A DNA stretch of 36,619 bases from Dehalococcoidales bacterium (GCA_046760985.1 JBHIFE010000001.1:1-36619); one strand, 5' to 3'. Shown: positions 16,455 to 26,375, counted from the stretch's first letter. Notes: generated from the sequence alone by a model not told the origin. A program made the numbers and translations.

Positions 16455-19400
16455 TTTATACTCTCCGACCCCGTCCATTTTTCTATTTGCACAAGGCATG
16501 AATTTGCTGCCATACTGTGTGATTTTTTGATCATCATTCGGCTCGGAGTCAATTGATTAATACATCCGCCACGGTCTGCTGAATATCCCGGTTCACCCAC
16601 TGGGTCATAGATTGCCGAAGATTCGTACGAGTGAACAATTCCGGGAGGAACACGTTCGGTCACCTGTGCCGCACAAATTACGGCTCCCCTGTCATTGAAC
16701 ACCTTGACCAGATCATTCTCTTTGATTCCCCGGTCAGCAGCATCCTTCGAGTTGATTCTGACAATCCAGTAGTAATAACCGTCAATCAGGACTCGATGGT
16801 CCTTGATCTCGTTGATCCAGCTCTCCTTAGCATCGCCCATGGTGTGGAAGCTGAACCGGGGATGCGGGGTTATCAACTGTAACGGGTACTTTTCATAGAG
16901 CTCCGTGGTATGATGACCTTCCCAGGCGGGAATATATTTAGTCATGGTCGGTCTCTCCGGGTCATCTGGATCAAACCTTTTTAGGCTTGAACAAACAAAC
17001 TCTATCTTGCCCGATTGCGTCTGAAGCCCTTTCCCAAACTTCTCGGTATAGTCTGCCGGTAACGGTGCTATCTCCGGTGTGTCTTTTAGTCTATCCTCGG
17101 CAAACCATCTAAAGGATACCGGCGCCCGTAACTCCTCCTTGGGTGCGGGGATAACATAGTAACCCTTCTTAAGGAATTTCTTCCATGAAATGACCTTGGG
17201 GAGATCAGTGCCATCAAATAGTCGCTTGCACCAGTCAAATTCAGTCGCGCCCTCGGAAAATGGTGCTGAAAGCCCCAGCTTTTTTGTAATCTCAAGGAAA
17301 ATCTGAAAGTCTGATTTTGATTCACCCAGAGGTTCGATACACTTGTGTTGCATGATGGCGACACGGTGGTTACACTGGGTGAAGCTATGTTGGACATACC
17401 CGCCACAGTTGGCAAATTCACTAATATCCCAACGCTCAAAACTGGTGCAGGCGGGCAACAGGATATCAGCAAACTTGGCCTCGCCTTCAAACCAGATGGA
17501 CTGATTCACCACAAATTGCAGGTTGTCGGAGCGATAAGCCTTCACGTAGCGGTTCGTCTCGCTCATGGTGCCGAAATGAGAGCCGCCGTATTTGTAATAC
17601 ATCCGGATTGGTGCACTGCCTGGTGCCGGATACTCAAATTTTTGGAACTGACCTTCAATACTCTTGGTGTCAGTCGGATAACCGGACGTATGACTCTCCA
17701 GAATTGCTTCAGGAATATTCAGCCTTGGTACCCTCTGATAGACCGTATTTACGGTGGGGAGCTGAGGCATCCGCTGATACATACTGACAGCCAGCGCTGT
17801 AGCTTGTAGGTCGCCGGACAGACCCCCCTCTGCATAACCCGGAAAGAAAAATCCGGCGTCTACTGGTGCCCCTTGTTGCATACAACCCATATTCACACCG
17901 GGTTTGCCCAGACCCTGCATAGCCATGAGGCAGACCATGGAACGAGCCCACTCATTTCCAGTGGCACAGCGGCAGGCGCCGCCAAAACCGCTCAAGCCCC
18001 CGGCTGCCAGGTAAGTCTTTTTGGTTCCCCATTCTCTTGCCAAAGCCCGGACATCTTTTGCCGGAATTCCTGCTTCATTTTCCTGCCATTCGGGGGTTTT
18101 GGGTATGCCGTCTTCCTTGCCCAGGATGTAGTCTTTCCACTCGTCAAACCCGGTAGTCCGCTTGGCGACATACTCTTTGTCGTAGAGGTCTTCAGTGATC
18201 CAGACATAGGCAATGGCAAGGGCAAGAGCATTGCCTGTTGCCGGCCTGGGGGCAAACCACTTGCCGCCAAGCAGGGCAGCCGTGTGATTATAGAATGGAT
18301 CGATGTGTACCATTTTGATACCTAACTCTTTCAGCCATTGACGACGAACGGTTCCTTCAAACGCAGCGTAGATTCCGCTGGTGGCTTCCGGATCACTCGA
18401 CCAGAACACCACCATTTCACATTCTTTAAGACAATCTTCAACCGTGCCATAGGTCTCTGGAGCACCAAGCCGCATACTGTATCCCCAATGGTGCATGGCT
18501 CCCCAGTACCACCCCTCCCAACTATCCGGATTATGGACAACGGGGGTAAAACCGATCGAGTTAAAGAACCTGAGTCTGGCGCTTAACCAGTAGCCTAATA
18601 TTCCCCAGGTATGGTGGGATCCACTGCCGTTCAGGATGGCACCCGGACCATAATCTCTCTTAACTCGCTTGATCTCATTGGCAACAATATCTGTCGCCTC
18701 ATCCCAGCTGATCCGTTCATAGCCTGATATCCCTCTGTTCTGGCAATTCCGTTCGCCGTTTGGATCAAAATCAACCCGTTTCATGGGGTATAATAGCCTG
18801 TCCGGTGAATAGACCATCGATTTCCATGCTAACGTATGGGGTGAGATGGTCGTCTTTCGCGGAGGGGTAAACGTTTTGCCTCTGGCCTTAATGGTCCAGG
18901 GCGCTGCATCGCTGTCATCAAAGTCAATGGGCGTGATTCGCATTATTTTACCGTCCTTCACGTAAACAAAGACCGGCCCGCCATTGGTATTACTGGTATA
19001 TCTGGTTACGCCATTACCAACATTCGTTCCATATTTCGTGCCGACTGTCAGAGCTTGACTCAGTGTCTCCATAAACCAATATGTCAACTCATCAGGTCCT
19101 TCTAACCCTAATTGAAAGTTCTTCATGGCATTGATCATGGACAACTGATCCTTGGGTGGCATGAGAAATTCCACGCCCAAACGGGCACTTGTGAAGGTCA
19201 TACAAACATCAGGGCTGGAATGGATTCCTCTTCTTGAAATAATCTTACCGTCACTGAAGGTAAAATACCTACCCACTGAATTATCTTTAACTTTTATTTG
19301 TGCGGTTAAATTTTTTTCTTTGAGGCGGTTCTTGAACGACGGATGCATTATTGCTGCCCGTCTTAACGATAGCTTAAGTCCAAGAAGTACTATTGAGAGG

Positions 19401-19468
19401 GTCATATTTGCTATTATCAATGATTTTGATAATATCTTATCTACTATTATTGATTTCATATTTTCCAC
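16451..19468 (-). CDS. Transhydroxylase-type molybdopterin (MGD) alpha subunit 1, with a roughly 138-aa N-terminal SCP2-like extension
   Basis: From aa 163 onward ([23 protein letters not shown]...[13 protein letters not shown]...VFWSSDPE...[14 protein letters not shown]...[11 protein letters not shown]) it resembles the transhydroxylase large subunit as I remember it. It has no TAT signal and no N-terminal Fe-S Cys motif. The start is uncertain (GTG 19468, ATG 19459 or ATG 19348). Confidence 0.8.
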   Translation of the reverse strand: MENMKSIIVDKILSKSLIIANMTLSIVLLGLKLSLRRAAIMHPSFKNRLKEKNLTAQIKVKDNSVGRYFTFSDGKIISRRGIHSSPDVCMTFTSARLGVEFLMPPKDQLSMINAMKNFQLGLEGPDELTYWFMETLSQALTVGTKYGTNVGNGVTRYTSNTNGGPVFVYVKDGKIMRITPIDFDDSDAAPWTIKARGKTFTPPRKTTISPHTLAWKSMVYSPDRLLYPMKRVDFDPNGERNCQNRGISGYERISWDEATDIVANEIKRVKRDYGPGAILNGSGSHHTWGILGYWLSARLRFFNSIGFTPVVHNPDSWEGWYWGAMHHWGYSMRLGAPETYGTVEDCLKECEMVVFWSSDPEATSGIYAAFEGTVRRQWLKELGIKMVHIDPFYNHTAALLGGKWFAPRPATGNALALAIAYVWITEDLYDKEYVAKRTTGFDEWKDYILGKEDGIPKTPEWQENEAGIPAKDVRALAREWGTKKTYLAAGGLSGFGGACRCATGNEWARSMVCLMAMQGLGKPGVNMGCMQQGAPVDAGFFFPGYAEGGLSGDLQATALAVSMYQRMPQLPTVNTVYQRVPRLNIPEAILESHTSGYPTDTKSIEGQFQKFEYPAPGSAPIRMYYKYGGSHFGTMSETNRYVKAYRSDNLQFVVNQSIWFEGEAKFADILLPACTSFERWDISEFANCGGYVQHSFTQCNHRVAIMQHKCIEPLGESKSDFQIFLEITKKLGLSAPFSEGATEFDWCKRLFDGTDLPKVISWKKFLKKGYYVIPAPKEELRAPVSFRWFAEDRLKDTPEIAPLPADYTEKFGKGLQTQSGKIEFVCSSLKRFDPDDPERPTMTKYIPAWEGHHTTELYEKYPLQLITPHPRFSFHTMGDAKESWINEIKDHRVLIDGYYYWIVRINSKDAADRGIKENDLVKVFNDRGAVICAAQVTERVPPGIVHSYESSAIYDPVGEPGYSADRGGCINQLTPSRMMIKKSHSMAANSCLVQIEKWTGSESIK

Positions 19469-19540
19469 TCACTGGTTGTCTTGAGGCTACCTCGTTTCAG
19501 TCCCATTGGCAGCAGAACCGCTCAGACTGAGAAGACCAAT

Positions 19541-19873
19541 CTAATAGTTAATAACTACCAGCATACTCGCTGGCTTGTTGGTCTTATTGATTATCTCTCT
19601 CCCTTCATTGGGAGCGATGTAAACTGAATCCCACGGACCAAGAGTAACTTCTTCCTTCTTGGTCTTAACCGTGATTTCTCCGTTGAGGACGAAGTAGAAC
19701 TTCTCTGCTGGCGTTGCGCCGAATTCGGCTCCACCCCCGGGAAGAAAATGGGAAAGACCTACCCAGAACTTCTCAGCTCCTGTTTCCTCTTTACCGCTCA
19801 GCCTGAGAGCAACCATATTGAAATGCCCGGGGGCTTCATAGGGCTTAACCTGATCCAATTTAATCTTTTTCAT
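19541..19873 (-). CDS. Cupin-domain protein
   Basis: Start moved to MKKIKLDQVKPYEAPGHF (AGGAGG SD). The track's longer ORF overlaps the cyclase gene. GGGAEFGATPAEKFYFVLNGEITV...VYIAPNEGREIIN is a single cupin barrel. Confidence 0.7.
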   Translation of the reverse strand: MKKIKLDQVKPYEAPGHFNMVALRLSGKEETGAEKFWVGLSHFLPGGGAEFGATPAEKFYFVLNGEITVKTKKEEVTLGPWDSVYIAPNEGREIINKTNKPASMLVVINY

Positions 19874-19919
19874 AAATCGTCTCCTCCTGACATTGATATG
19901 ACAGCTCAGACAGCGGGGG

Positions 19920-20681
19920 CTACTGGTCGCCCTCATCCACGATAGCTACCAATCTCACGATAGACCCATCGCCTTTCACCCACCGGATAGGGAAGCCAGC
20001 AATGGTGACTCTCTTGCCCACGACTTGGTCAATGTCACCACCTACGTTTTCCCATCCCATAATGCCGTTGCGCAATATCAGGTTATGGCAGGGCTCCCAC
20101 TCAGGAAAGTCCTCCAGCACATCGTGTCCGGTTTCCCTCTTATACTCTTCACAAATGTCCGGTCGTAGTGGGCCCGGTCCATGTGGACCAATAGCTGTAG
20201 CCAGCGGATGATCCAGTGCTTGCTGGTCAACCCCGACCGCCTTCACTCCCTTTTCAACGAACCATTCGCCTGCCTCCTTGTACAGTCCGGGCGAATAGCA
20301 AAAGTACTCCACACTATCTGAGTATTTGGCATGCCAGTGGGTGTGGACAATGACAATATCGTTTTTTTCAATTTTAGGTCTTGCCTTCTCTAGATCCTCT
20401 GGGGTAATCACTTCCCACTTCTTCTTCGGGATGTCCACAATTACTCCAGTACCGTAGTACTTTTCCAGAGGAATCTCATCGGTAAACATTCCTCCCTCAA
20501 ACACATGTGCCGGCGAATCGGCGTGAGTGGTGCAGTGCATAGTAGTTGTAATTACCTGGGAGAGCACTCCAGATTTGGCATGATAATGCATACGCTCAAT
20601 CTTGACATCGGCAAAATACGGCCACAAAGGCACTTTGTCACCAAAAGGGTGACTCAAATCAACCAGCTTTACTTTTCCCAC
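19920..20681 (-). CDS. Cyclase-family (kynurenine formamidase/isatin hydrolase-like) metal hydrolase; candidate dihydrophloroglucinol cyclohydrolase
   Basis: MHCTTHADSPAH matches the HxGTHxDxPxH cyclase-family metal motif. 253 aa. GTG start with AAGGAGG SD. Confidence 0.8.
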   Translation of the reverse strand: MGKVKLVDLSHPFGDKVPLWPYFADVKIERMHYHAKSGVLSQVITTTMHCTTHADSPAHVFEGGMFTDEIPLEKYYGTGVIVDIPKKKWEVITPEDLEKARPKIEKNDIVIVHTHWHAKYSDSVEYFCYSPGLYKEAGEWFVEKGVKAVGVDQQALDHPLATAIGPHGPGPLRPDICEEYKRETGHDVLEDFPEWEPCHNLILRNGIMGWENVGGDIDQVVGKRVTIAGFPIRWVKGDGSIVRLVAIVDEGDQ

Positions 20682-20722
20682 AATAGAAACCTCCTTGAAT
20701 TTTTTGACTGCTTAATATACTA

Positions 20723-21487
20723 CTACCAGGTAGTCACACCGCCATCTACATAGAGGATTTGCCCAGTAACGAAATCCGACGCCTTTGAGGCAAGAAATAT
20801 GGTAGGACCGACAATATCCTCCGGCATTCCCCAGCGACCAAGTGGAATACGAGACCTCATCCTCTTGGCATACTCAGGGTCGGCTAAGGCGGGACGGGTA
20901 AGGTCAGTCTCCACAATAGTGGGCGCCACCGCATTTACCAGCACATTATGCTTCGCCCACTCGCAAGCCAGCGTTCGCGTCAGAGTGTCAACCGCTCCTT
21001 TACTGGCACAATAAGCGGCATAGTCTGCGGGGAGACCATATCTACCCCTCACCGATGATAAGTTTATGATCTTACCGCCACCCTGTTTTATCATCTCCCG
21101 TCCAACTGCCTGGCAGCAGAGAAAGGTCCCGCGGGTGTTAATATCCATGACCTGTTGCCACTCATTAATTGGGAAAGTGTCGGCAGGTTTGCGAATCGCC
21201 AAACCGGCAGCATTCACTAGAATATCAATGCGGGGAAATACCTCCAAAATTTTCTTCACCATATCCGCCACTGATTGCTCCTGAGTAACATCTACGGTAA
21301 CCGCCAGCGCTTTCCTGCCTTTATTGCGTATCTCCTCGGCTACCTTCTCTAAGTGCTCAAGTCGACGGCTTGCTACGATGACATCCGCGCCGTAATCAGC
21401 TAATCCCAGAGCTAGAGCGTGACCAATCCCGCCGGCACCACCAACCACTAAAGCGACCTTGCCCCTCAAATCAAATAAATCGGTCAT
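20723..21487 (-). CDS. Classical short-chain dehydrogenase/reductase, probably NADP(H)-preferring; candidate phloroglucinol reductase
   Basis: GGAGGIG cofactor motif, NAAG, and catalytic S...YxxxK (SSVRG...YCASK). The basic pair SRR after beta-2 suggests NADP(H). This is the first gene of the long minus-strand operon. Confidence 0.85.
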   Translation of the reverse strand: MTDLFDLRGKVALVVGGAGGIGHALALGLADYGADVIVASRRLEHLEKVAEEIRNKGRKALAVTVDVTQEQSVADMVKKILEVFPRIDILVNAAGLAIRKPADTFPINEWQQVMDINTRGTFLCCQAVGREMIKQGGGKIINLSSVRGRYGLPADYAAYCASKGAVDTLTRTLACEWAKHNVLVNAVAPTIVETDLTRPALADPEYAKRMRSRIPLGRWGMPEDIVGPTIFLASKASDFVTGQILYVDGGVTTW

Positions 21488-21648
21488 ATTAAACTCCTTT
21501 TCTAAAATTTCCTGCGGTTATCGTAACTATCGGTTATATTATAATAACTTTTGCCTATACTGCAACACAGAATTCTCAGTATAAATAGATTCATTGCTCT
21601 TTGCTTACCATAGGTCTTGGGTAAGATTGTATTCTGAAACTGGGGCTG

Positions 21649-21678
21649 TTGACATCAAAATGAGAGGTTGTTTATATT
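21649..21678 (+). promoter_or_regulatory. Sigma-70-like promoter for the universal stress protein gene
   Basis: TTGACA (21649-21654), an 18-nt spacer, then TATATT (21673-21678), about 45 nt upstream of the coding start. Confidence 0.35.
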
Positions 21679-21723
21679 GTTTATTATTAAAGCTGAATAG
21701 GAGGAGAAATTTTTAAAAATATT

Positions 21724-22179
21724 TTGGTTCCATTAGACGGCTCCAAGCTGGCGGAGTGTGTTCTTCCCTACGTAGAAGCCCTAGCAACGGGCTGCACGGC
21801 GGAGGAGGTTATCTTGGTCAGCGTCACAGAACGCATCAAGGGCTATAGAGTTATATCTGATTACAGTCAGCCACTTGGGGAGCGTTTAGTACCTGAGGCA
21901 GTGGGTAAGAAAGAAAGACAAGCCCAAAAATATCTTAACAGAGTAGCCCAGGGACTTAAAGACAAAGGCATTAACGTGCAAACACTAGTACTCCTTGGGA
22001 ATCCTGCTGAGGAGATCGTCTTCTATGCAGATACCAAGCATTGTGACCTTATTGTTATGGCTAGTCATGGACGGTCTGGCCCTAGCCGGTGGGTTCATGG
22101 TAGTGTTGCTGATAAAGTCTTCAGAGCTAGTTGCGTACCGGTTCTGATGGTGCGAGCGCCGGGCTGTATAACTGTATAA
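21724..22179 (+). CDS. Universal stress protein (UspA family)
   Basis: VPLDGSKLAE...DLIVMASHGRSGPSRWVHGSVADKVFRASCVPVLMV is the USP signature. The track start is a TTG and the true start is unclear (the frame is open from 21697). Confidence 0.8.
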   Translation: MVPLDGSKLAECVLPYVEALATGCTAEEVILVSVTERIKGYRVISDYSQPLGERLVPEAVGKKERQAQKYLNRVAQGLKDKGINVQTLVLLGNPAEEIVFYADTKHCDLIVMASHGRSGPSRWVHGSVADKVFRASCVPVLMVRAPGCITV

Positions 22180-22233
22180 TTAGTACTTGATTCCCGAGCC
22201 AAAAAGGGGCACCGAAGAGATAATGAATAAGGT

Positions 22234-23187
22234 CTATGTCGATTTGCCCCGTTCCTTTTGTGCCCAGTCCAGGAGGTAATCTAAGAAGTCTTTCCTAGAC
22301 CTCTCTACTTCTTCGGCAGACCAAGTGTAGAAACCCTGACCCGTTTTGAATCCCAGTTCTCCGTTTTCTACCTTTTTCCTTAAAAGAGGCGAGGGACCCG
22401 GAGAAGAGTCAATATACTTTAGAATGTAATCGTGGATAGCTAAGGTCAGATCAAGTCCCACCATATCGGCGGTCTCCAGCGGCCCCAAAACTGGGAGCCG
22501 AATGCCGAATCCCTTCTTAATCACGTCATCAACGCTGGCCGGGTCAGCAATACCATTTTCCACAATGGAGATAGCCTCTCGCCACAAGGCGTGCTGAAGC
22601 CGGTTACCTATAAACCCTGGTACATCCTTCATGACCTTCACCGGGTGTTTCCCGGCATTCTTCAAGAATCGATAAGTTGTTTCTACAGCTTCCTCAGAAG
22701 TTTCCCTTCCCTTAATTACTTCTACCAGTGGAATTATATAGGGGGGGTTCCAAAAATGAGTCCCTAGAATTCTTTCCCTGTTGTGAGCTTTGGATGCGAT
22801 TTCGGTTATACTCATTACGGATGTATTTGTAGTCAAAATGGTCTCTACAGGACAAAGCTGATCCAAATCCTGAAAAGCCTTCTGCTTTAACTCCAGATTT
22901 TCGGTGATAGCCTCAATAACTAGTTGTGCATCTGAGGTTGCCTGCCCCATATCCGTAGTGGTTTTTATCCTGCTTACGATTGTCTCGATTTCACTCTCCA
23001 ATACAACTCCTTTTCTGGCCATCATGGAGAGGTTTGCTCTGATATTTTCAACAGCCTTTGAGAGCAACCCGTTTTCGATATCCAACAGATAAACATTGTA
23101 GTTCTTAGAGGCAAAAATCTGGGCAATTCCGTGTCCCATCAAACCCGCACCAATCACAGAAATATTCCTAATGTCTTCCGCTTGCAT
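22234..23187 (-). CDS. 3-hydroxyacyl-CoA dehydrogenase-family NAD-dependent dehydrogenase; candidate 3-hydroxy-5-oxohexanoate dehydrogenase
   Basis: ISVIGAGLMGHGIAQIFA Rossmann N-terminus. HFWNPPYIIPLVEVI and GFIGNRL are motifs of the HADH/Hbd/L-carnitine dehydrogenase family. 317 aa. Confidence 0.85.
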   Translation of the reverse strand: MQAEDIRNISVIGAGLMGHGIAQIFASKNYNVYLLDIENGLLSKAVENIRANLSMMARKGVVLESEIETIVSRIKTTTDMGQATSDAQLVIEAITENLELKQKAFQDLDQLCPVETILTTNTSVMSITEIASKAHNRERILGTHFWNPPYIIPLVEVIKGRETSEEAVETTYRFLKNAGKHPVKVMKDVPGFIGNRLQHALWREAISIVENGIADPASVDDVIKKGFGIRLPVLGPLETADMVGLDLTLAIHDYILKYIDSSPGPSPLLRKKVENGELGFKTGQGFYTWSAEEVERSRKDFLDYLLDWAQKERGKST

Positions 23188-23324
23188 AAATACCCTCCTT
23201 TATCCCGTTTTCCTTACTTTTAATGGATGGCACCCCTCATAAAATACTATCGTAAAAGGTATTTAACTTTTATTCTGCCGCCCTTTAAGCCAGCTTCAGA
23301 ACGGGAAACATCTCAAGCTAAGCC

Positions 23325-23663
23325 TCAGAATGTCAGCGGAGCCCAGCCATCCTTTAGCAGTTGAGATATTATTGAGCCGACAAACACGACCTTAATTCCT
23401 GCCTCTTCAAGCATACCTGTTATATTCATTCTATCGGCGTACCATTTGCAAGCTATGATCTCGATGCCAGCCTCCCGTAACTCCTTTAGTTTTTCTTGAA
23501 CCTCGGGACTATAGGCGGCAAGTTTCTCTGATGGCCCAAAGATAATCACTTTAACCTCATCCATCCACTTATTTTTGGCTACGTTCAACGGATATACCAG
23601 TCCACACCCTAATGCCACTTCTTTATCCCCGCTACTCCAAAGAATGAAAGCTTTTGTCGCCAT
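23325..23663 (-). CDS. DsrE/DsrF-like small protein
   Basis: 112 aa. The alternating beta-alpha pattern (AFILWSSGD...VKVIIFGPSEKL...IEIIACKWYADRMNI) resembles the DsrE-like fold. This is a weak call. Confidence 0.5.
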   Translation of the reverse strand: MATKAFILWSSGDKEVALGCGLVYPLNVAKNKWMDEVKVIIFGPSEKLAAYSPEVQEKLKELREAGIEIIACKWYADRMNITGMLEEAGIKVVFVGSIISQLLKDGWAPLTF

Positions 23664-24174
23664 AATCAGTCCTCCTTAACTGCTCGAACACTGTTAGGGT
23701 TTATTATAATAATAGTTTGATATGCGTTCAATACTACAACTCCGGGCTGCACCTGTGGGCGTACGGAATGTAGTTACCACTTCGGAGAAGGAGTTTGGGT
23801 TCACTGGCTGTGGGGTGCTCGTACTTTCCCAGCGATCCCGGAAAACTATATTGACAATCACACCAATAAGAATTATACTCTGGTGCAATAACCTAAAATG
23901 ACATAACTGTAGTATCGGTTTAAGAGGCTTATAGGATGAAAGGGGGTGCTGGAACTGCTTGTTAATACGGCGATGGCTGGTGCCCTTTTCATTTGAACAA
24001 TACTAGGTATACAAAGTATAGTAAAGTCTTTGGGAGGCACAATACTAAAAATACGAATAATCTGGTGAAGGTGGTGAGGAAATAGTGGTCATAGGTGGAA
24101 GGGGGTGATGCCTATACCGATGTGACAAAGCAGCTAGACAAACCTCGGTGTATTAAAGGAAGGAGGAAGTGACA

Positions 24175-25515
24175 ATGAAAAAGTTTCTTTTAATACCACT
24201 GGTGATTGTATTGGTAAGCGTGCCGATTTTCACCGGTTGTCCGGCACCGGCTCCAGAAGAAATTCTTATAGGCACTACTGCGCCAACGACAGGCATGTTT
24301 GCCGGTTTCGGTCAGCAAACATTTGGGATGCAAGCGGCTATCGATGATATCAATGCACTGGGTGGAGTCTATGTGGCAGAGTATGGAAAGAAATTGCCCG
24401 TCAGACTTATAGTCCGCAATAACGAGAGCGACCCGGCAAAGGTAGGACCTCTTACCGAAGACCTGGTTCTCCGCGACAAGGTACACGTCCTTATATCACC
24501 TGATGAACCTTCTACGCTGCACAACGATATATCTCGGGTAGGTAACAAGTATGGGGTCCCACAGATCATTGCTGGTGGTCCATTTGAGCCCTGGTATCAC
24601 GGTATGCGGGCGGAGGTTGAAGGACATTGGCCTTACACTTGGTTTACCGGTTTTGCCATAGCTACCCCAGCTGCACCGCCACGCGATATTCCGGGATTTA
24701 CCCTAGTGGACACGTGGTTTATGTATATGGATAGGGTCGGCGCCCTGGCAAACACTAATGGGATAGCGGGGGTTTTCGCCTCGGATGACCCTGACGGCAT
24801 AGGTTGGTATGCACTATTCCCTGGGCTGCTAGAAGAAAATGGTTACAATGTTATCGGCGAAGAAAAAGAATTAGGCTTGTTTCCTATGGGGACTACGGAC
24901 TTTTCGGCTATAATAGACGAGTGGATGGCTAATAATGTGGAAATACTTTGGGGCAATTGCCCTGGTCCTGATTTTGGCACCTTGTGGAGCCAAGCCTACG
25001 CGAAAGGCTTTAGACCTAAGATAGTTTTGGTTGGAAGAGCAGCTCTTTTCCCAGTAGATGTAATCGCCTGGGGTACAGAGCCACCCCTAGGGTGGGGTGT
25101 CGGGACAGAGGTATGGTGGAGCCCAGCATATCCACCAGAAGACTTCCCCGGTATTGGTGGCAGAACCGCAGCATCGCTCGCTGAGGAATGGTTAGCCACG
25201 GGCAAACCATTGAACCGGGGTATCGGACATGGCTATCTGGCAGTTCAAGTCATGCTTGATGCCATCGAGAGAGCGGGCAGTCTTGACGGAGATGCGATTA
25301 ATAACGCCCTGGCGGAAACCGATATGATGACCATTGATGGCTGGGTGAAGTTTGACCCAGAGTCACACTTCAGCCACATGCCGCTCGCCTTTGGTCAGTG
25401 GTATTATGAGCCTGCTAAAACACCACCGTGGACACTTTATATAACTGCTTCCGCACTAGATTACATACCGGAAGAGGCCGACGTGGTATTCCCCGTTTCT
25501 GAGCTGTATCCATGA
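24175..25515 (+). CDS. ABC transporter substrate-binding lipoprotein (type I periplasmic-binding fold, Leu/Ile/Val-binding-protein family)
   Basis: MKKFLLIPLVIVLVSVPIFTGC is a lipobox signal. ILIGTTAPTTGMFAGFGQQTFGMQAAIDDINALGGV is a typical LIVBP-family N-terminus. Start set to ATG 24175 (AGGAGGA 8 nt upstream). Confidence 0.85.
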   Translation: MKKFLLIPLVIVLVSVPIFTGCPAPAPEEILIGTTAPTTGMFAGFGQQTFGMQAAIDDINALGGVYVAEYGKKLPVRLIVRNNESDPAKVGPLTEDLVLRDKVHVLISPDEPSTLHNDISRVGNKYGVPQIIAGGPFEPWYHGMRAEVEGHWPYTWFTGFAIATPAAPPRDIPGFTLVDTWFMYMDRVGALANTNGIAGVFASDDPDGIGWYALFPGLLEENGYNVIGEEKELGLFPMGTTDFSAIIDEWMANNVEILWGNCPGPDFGTLWSQAYAKGFRPKIVLVGRAALFPVDVIAWGTEPPLGWGVGTEVWWSPAYPPEDFPGIGGRTAASLAEEWLATGKPLNRGIGHGYLAVQVMLDAIERAGSLDGDAINNALAETDMMTIDGWVKFDPESHFSHMPLAFGQWYYEPAKTPPWTLYITASALDYIPEEADVVFPVSELYP

Positions 25516-25549
25516 CCTATAAACCTAAGGTATAGGACAGGCTGAGGAG

Positions 25550-25590
25550 ACCGATATGATGACAATTTGTCATCATATCGGTTTCTTTTA
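25550..25590 (+). terminator. Strong intrinsic terminator/attenuator between the binding-protein gene and the ABC ATPase genes
   Basis: Perfect 15-bp inverted repeat ACCGATATGATGACA (25550-25564) / TGTCATCATATCGGT (25568-25582) with a 3-nt loop, followed by TTCTTTTAT. Confidence 0.7.
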
Positions 25591-25620
25591 TATAATGGGT
25601 GTTAACATTTGGGCGATAAT

Positions 25621-26337
25621 ATGGAAACGCCGGTTCTTTCAGTTGCTGGAGTAAATAAGCATTTCGGGGGAGTAGTTGCTATTAGCGACCTAAGTTTTGA
25701 TGTGCAGGCAGGTGAAGTCTTAGGTTTGATGGGCCCCAACGGTGCTGGCAAGACAACACTAATAAATGTCATATCTGGTGAGTACAAGCCTGACTCTGGA
25801 ACAGTAAAGTTTAAAGGAAATAACATCGTGGGTCTCCCCCCGCATAAAATTTGCCACCTTGGCATTGCTAGAACCTATCAGATTCCTCAGCCCTTTGTCA
25901 ATTTAACGGCTCTGCAGAATATCGCGGTGGCGGCAACATATGGAAGAGGTCTTAGCAAATCTGCTGCTGAGAGGGAAGCTAGCAAACTACTTGATACTGT
26001 AGGCCTTTCAGAAAGGAAAGACATGCTCGCAAAAGATTTGGTAACGGTAACTCTCAAAAGGCTTGAATTAGCTAGAGCCTTAGCCATCAATCCCACACTA
26101 CTGCTGATTGATGAAGTGGCTGCCGGCTTAACCGAAGCGGAAATCCCAAAGATATTAGACCTCCTAAAAGAAATACACGAAGTGGGCATAACAATTATAT
26201 TAATCGAACATGTTATGAAGGTAATGATGGAGGCAGTGGACAGGATTATAGTGATGGATAAAGGCGTGAAAATCGCCGAAGGCACGCCGAATGAGGTAAT
26301 GGAAGATAGGAAAGTAATTGAAGCCTATCTCGGTTAA
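25621..26337 (+). CDS. livG: Branched-chain-type ABC transporter ATP-binding protein (LivG-like)
   Basis: Walker A GPNGAGKTT, signature and Walker B LLLIDEVAAGL, and the LivG-type C-terminus VIEAYLG. Confidence 0.9.
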   Translation: METPVLSVAGVNKHFGGVVAISDLSFDVQAGEVLGLMGPNGAGKTTLINVISGEYKPDSGTVKFKGNNIVGLPPHKICHLGIARTYQIPQPFVNLTALQNIAVAATYGRGLSKSAAEREASKLLDTVGLSERKDMLAKDLVTVTLKRLELARALAINPTLLLIDEVAAGLTEAEIPKILDLLKEIHEVGITIILIEHVMKVMMEAVDRIIVMDKGVKIAEGTPNEVMEDRKVIEAYLG

Positions 26338-26375
26338 TGGTATCAATATCAATAGGTTTATTTTAAGGTGAGGCA

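Noticed and set aside
23694-23888. 64-aa minus-strand ORF upstream of the DsrE-like gene
   Set aside because: No SD and no motifs. It lies in the divergent promoter region between the DsrE-like and ABC binding-protein genes.
23940-24000. Possible hairpin or riboswitch-like element (AAGGGGGTGCTGG...CTGGTGCCCTTTT) upstream of the transporter
   Set aside because: The arms pair mostly through G-U wobbles, no conserved riboswitch motif is recognisable, and no upstream plus-strand gene exists for it to terminate.
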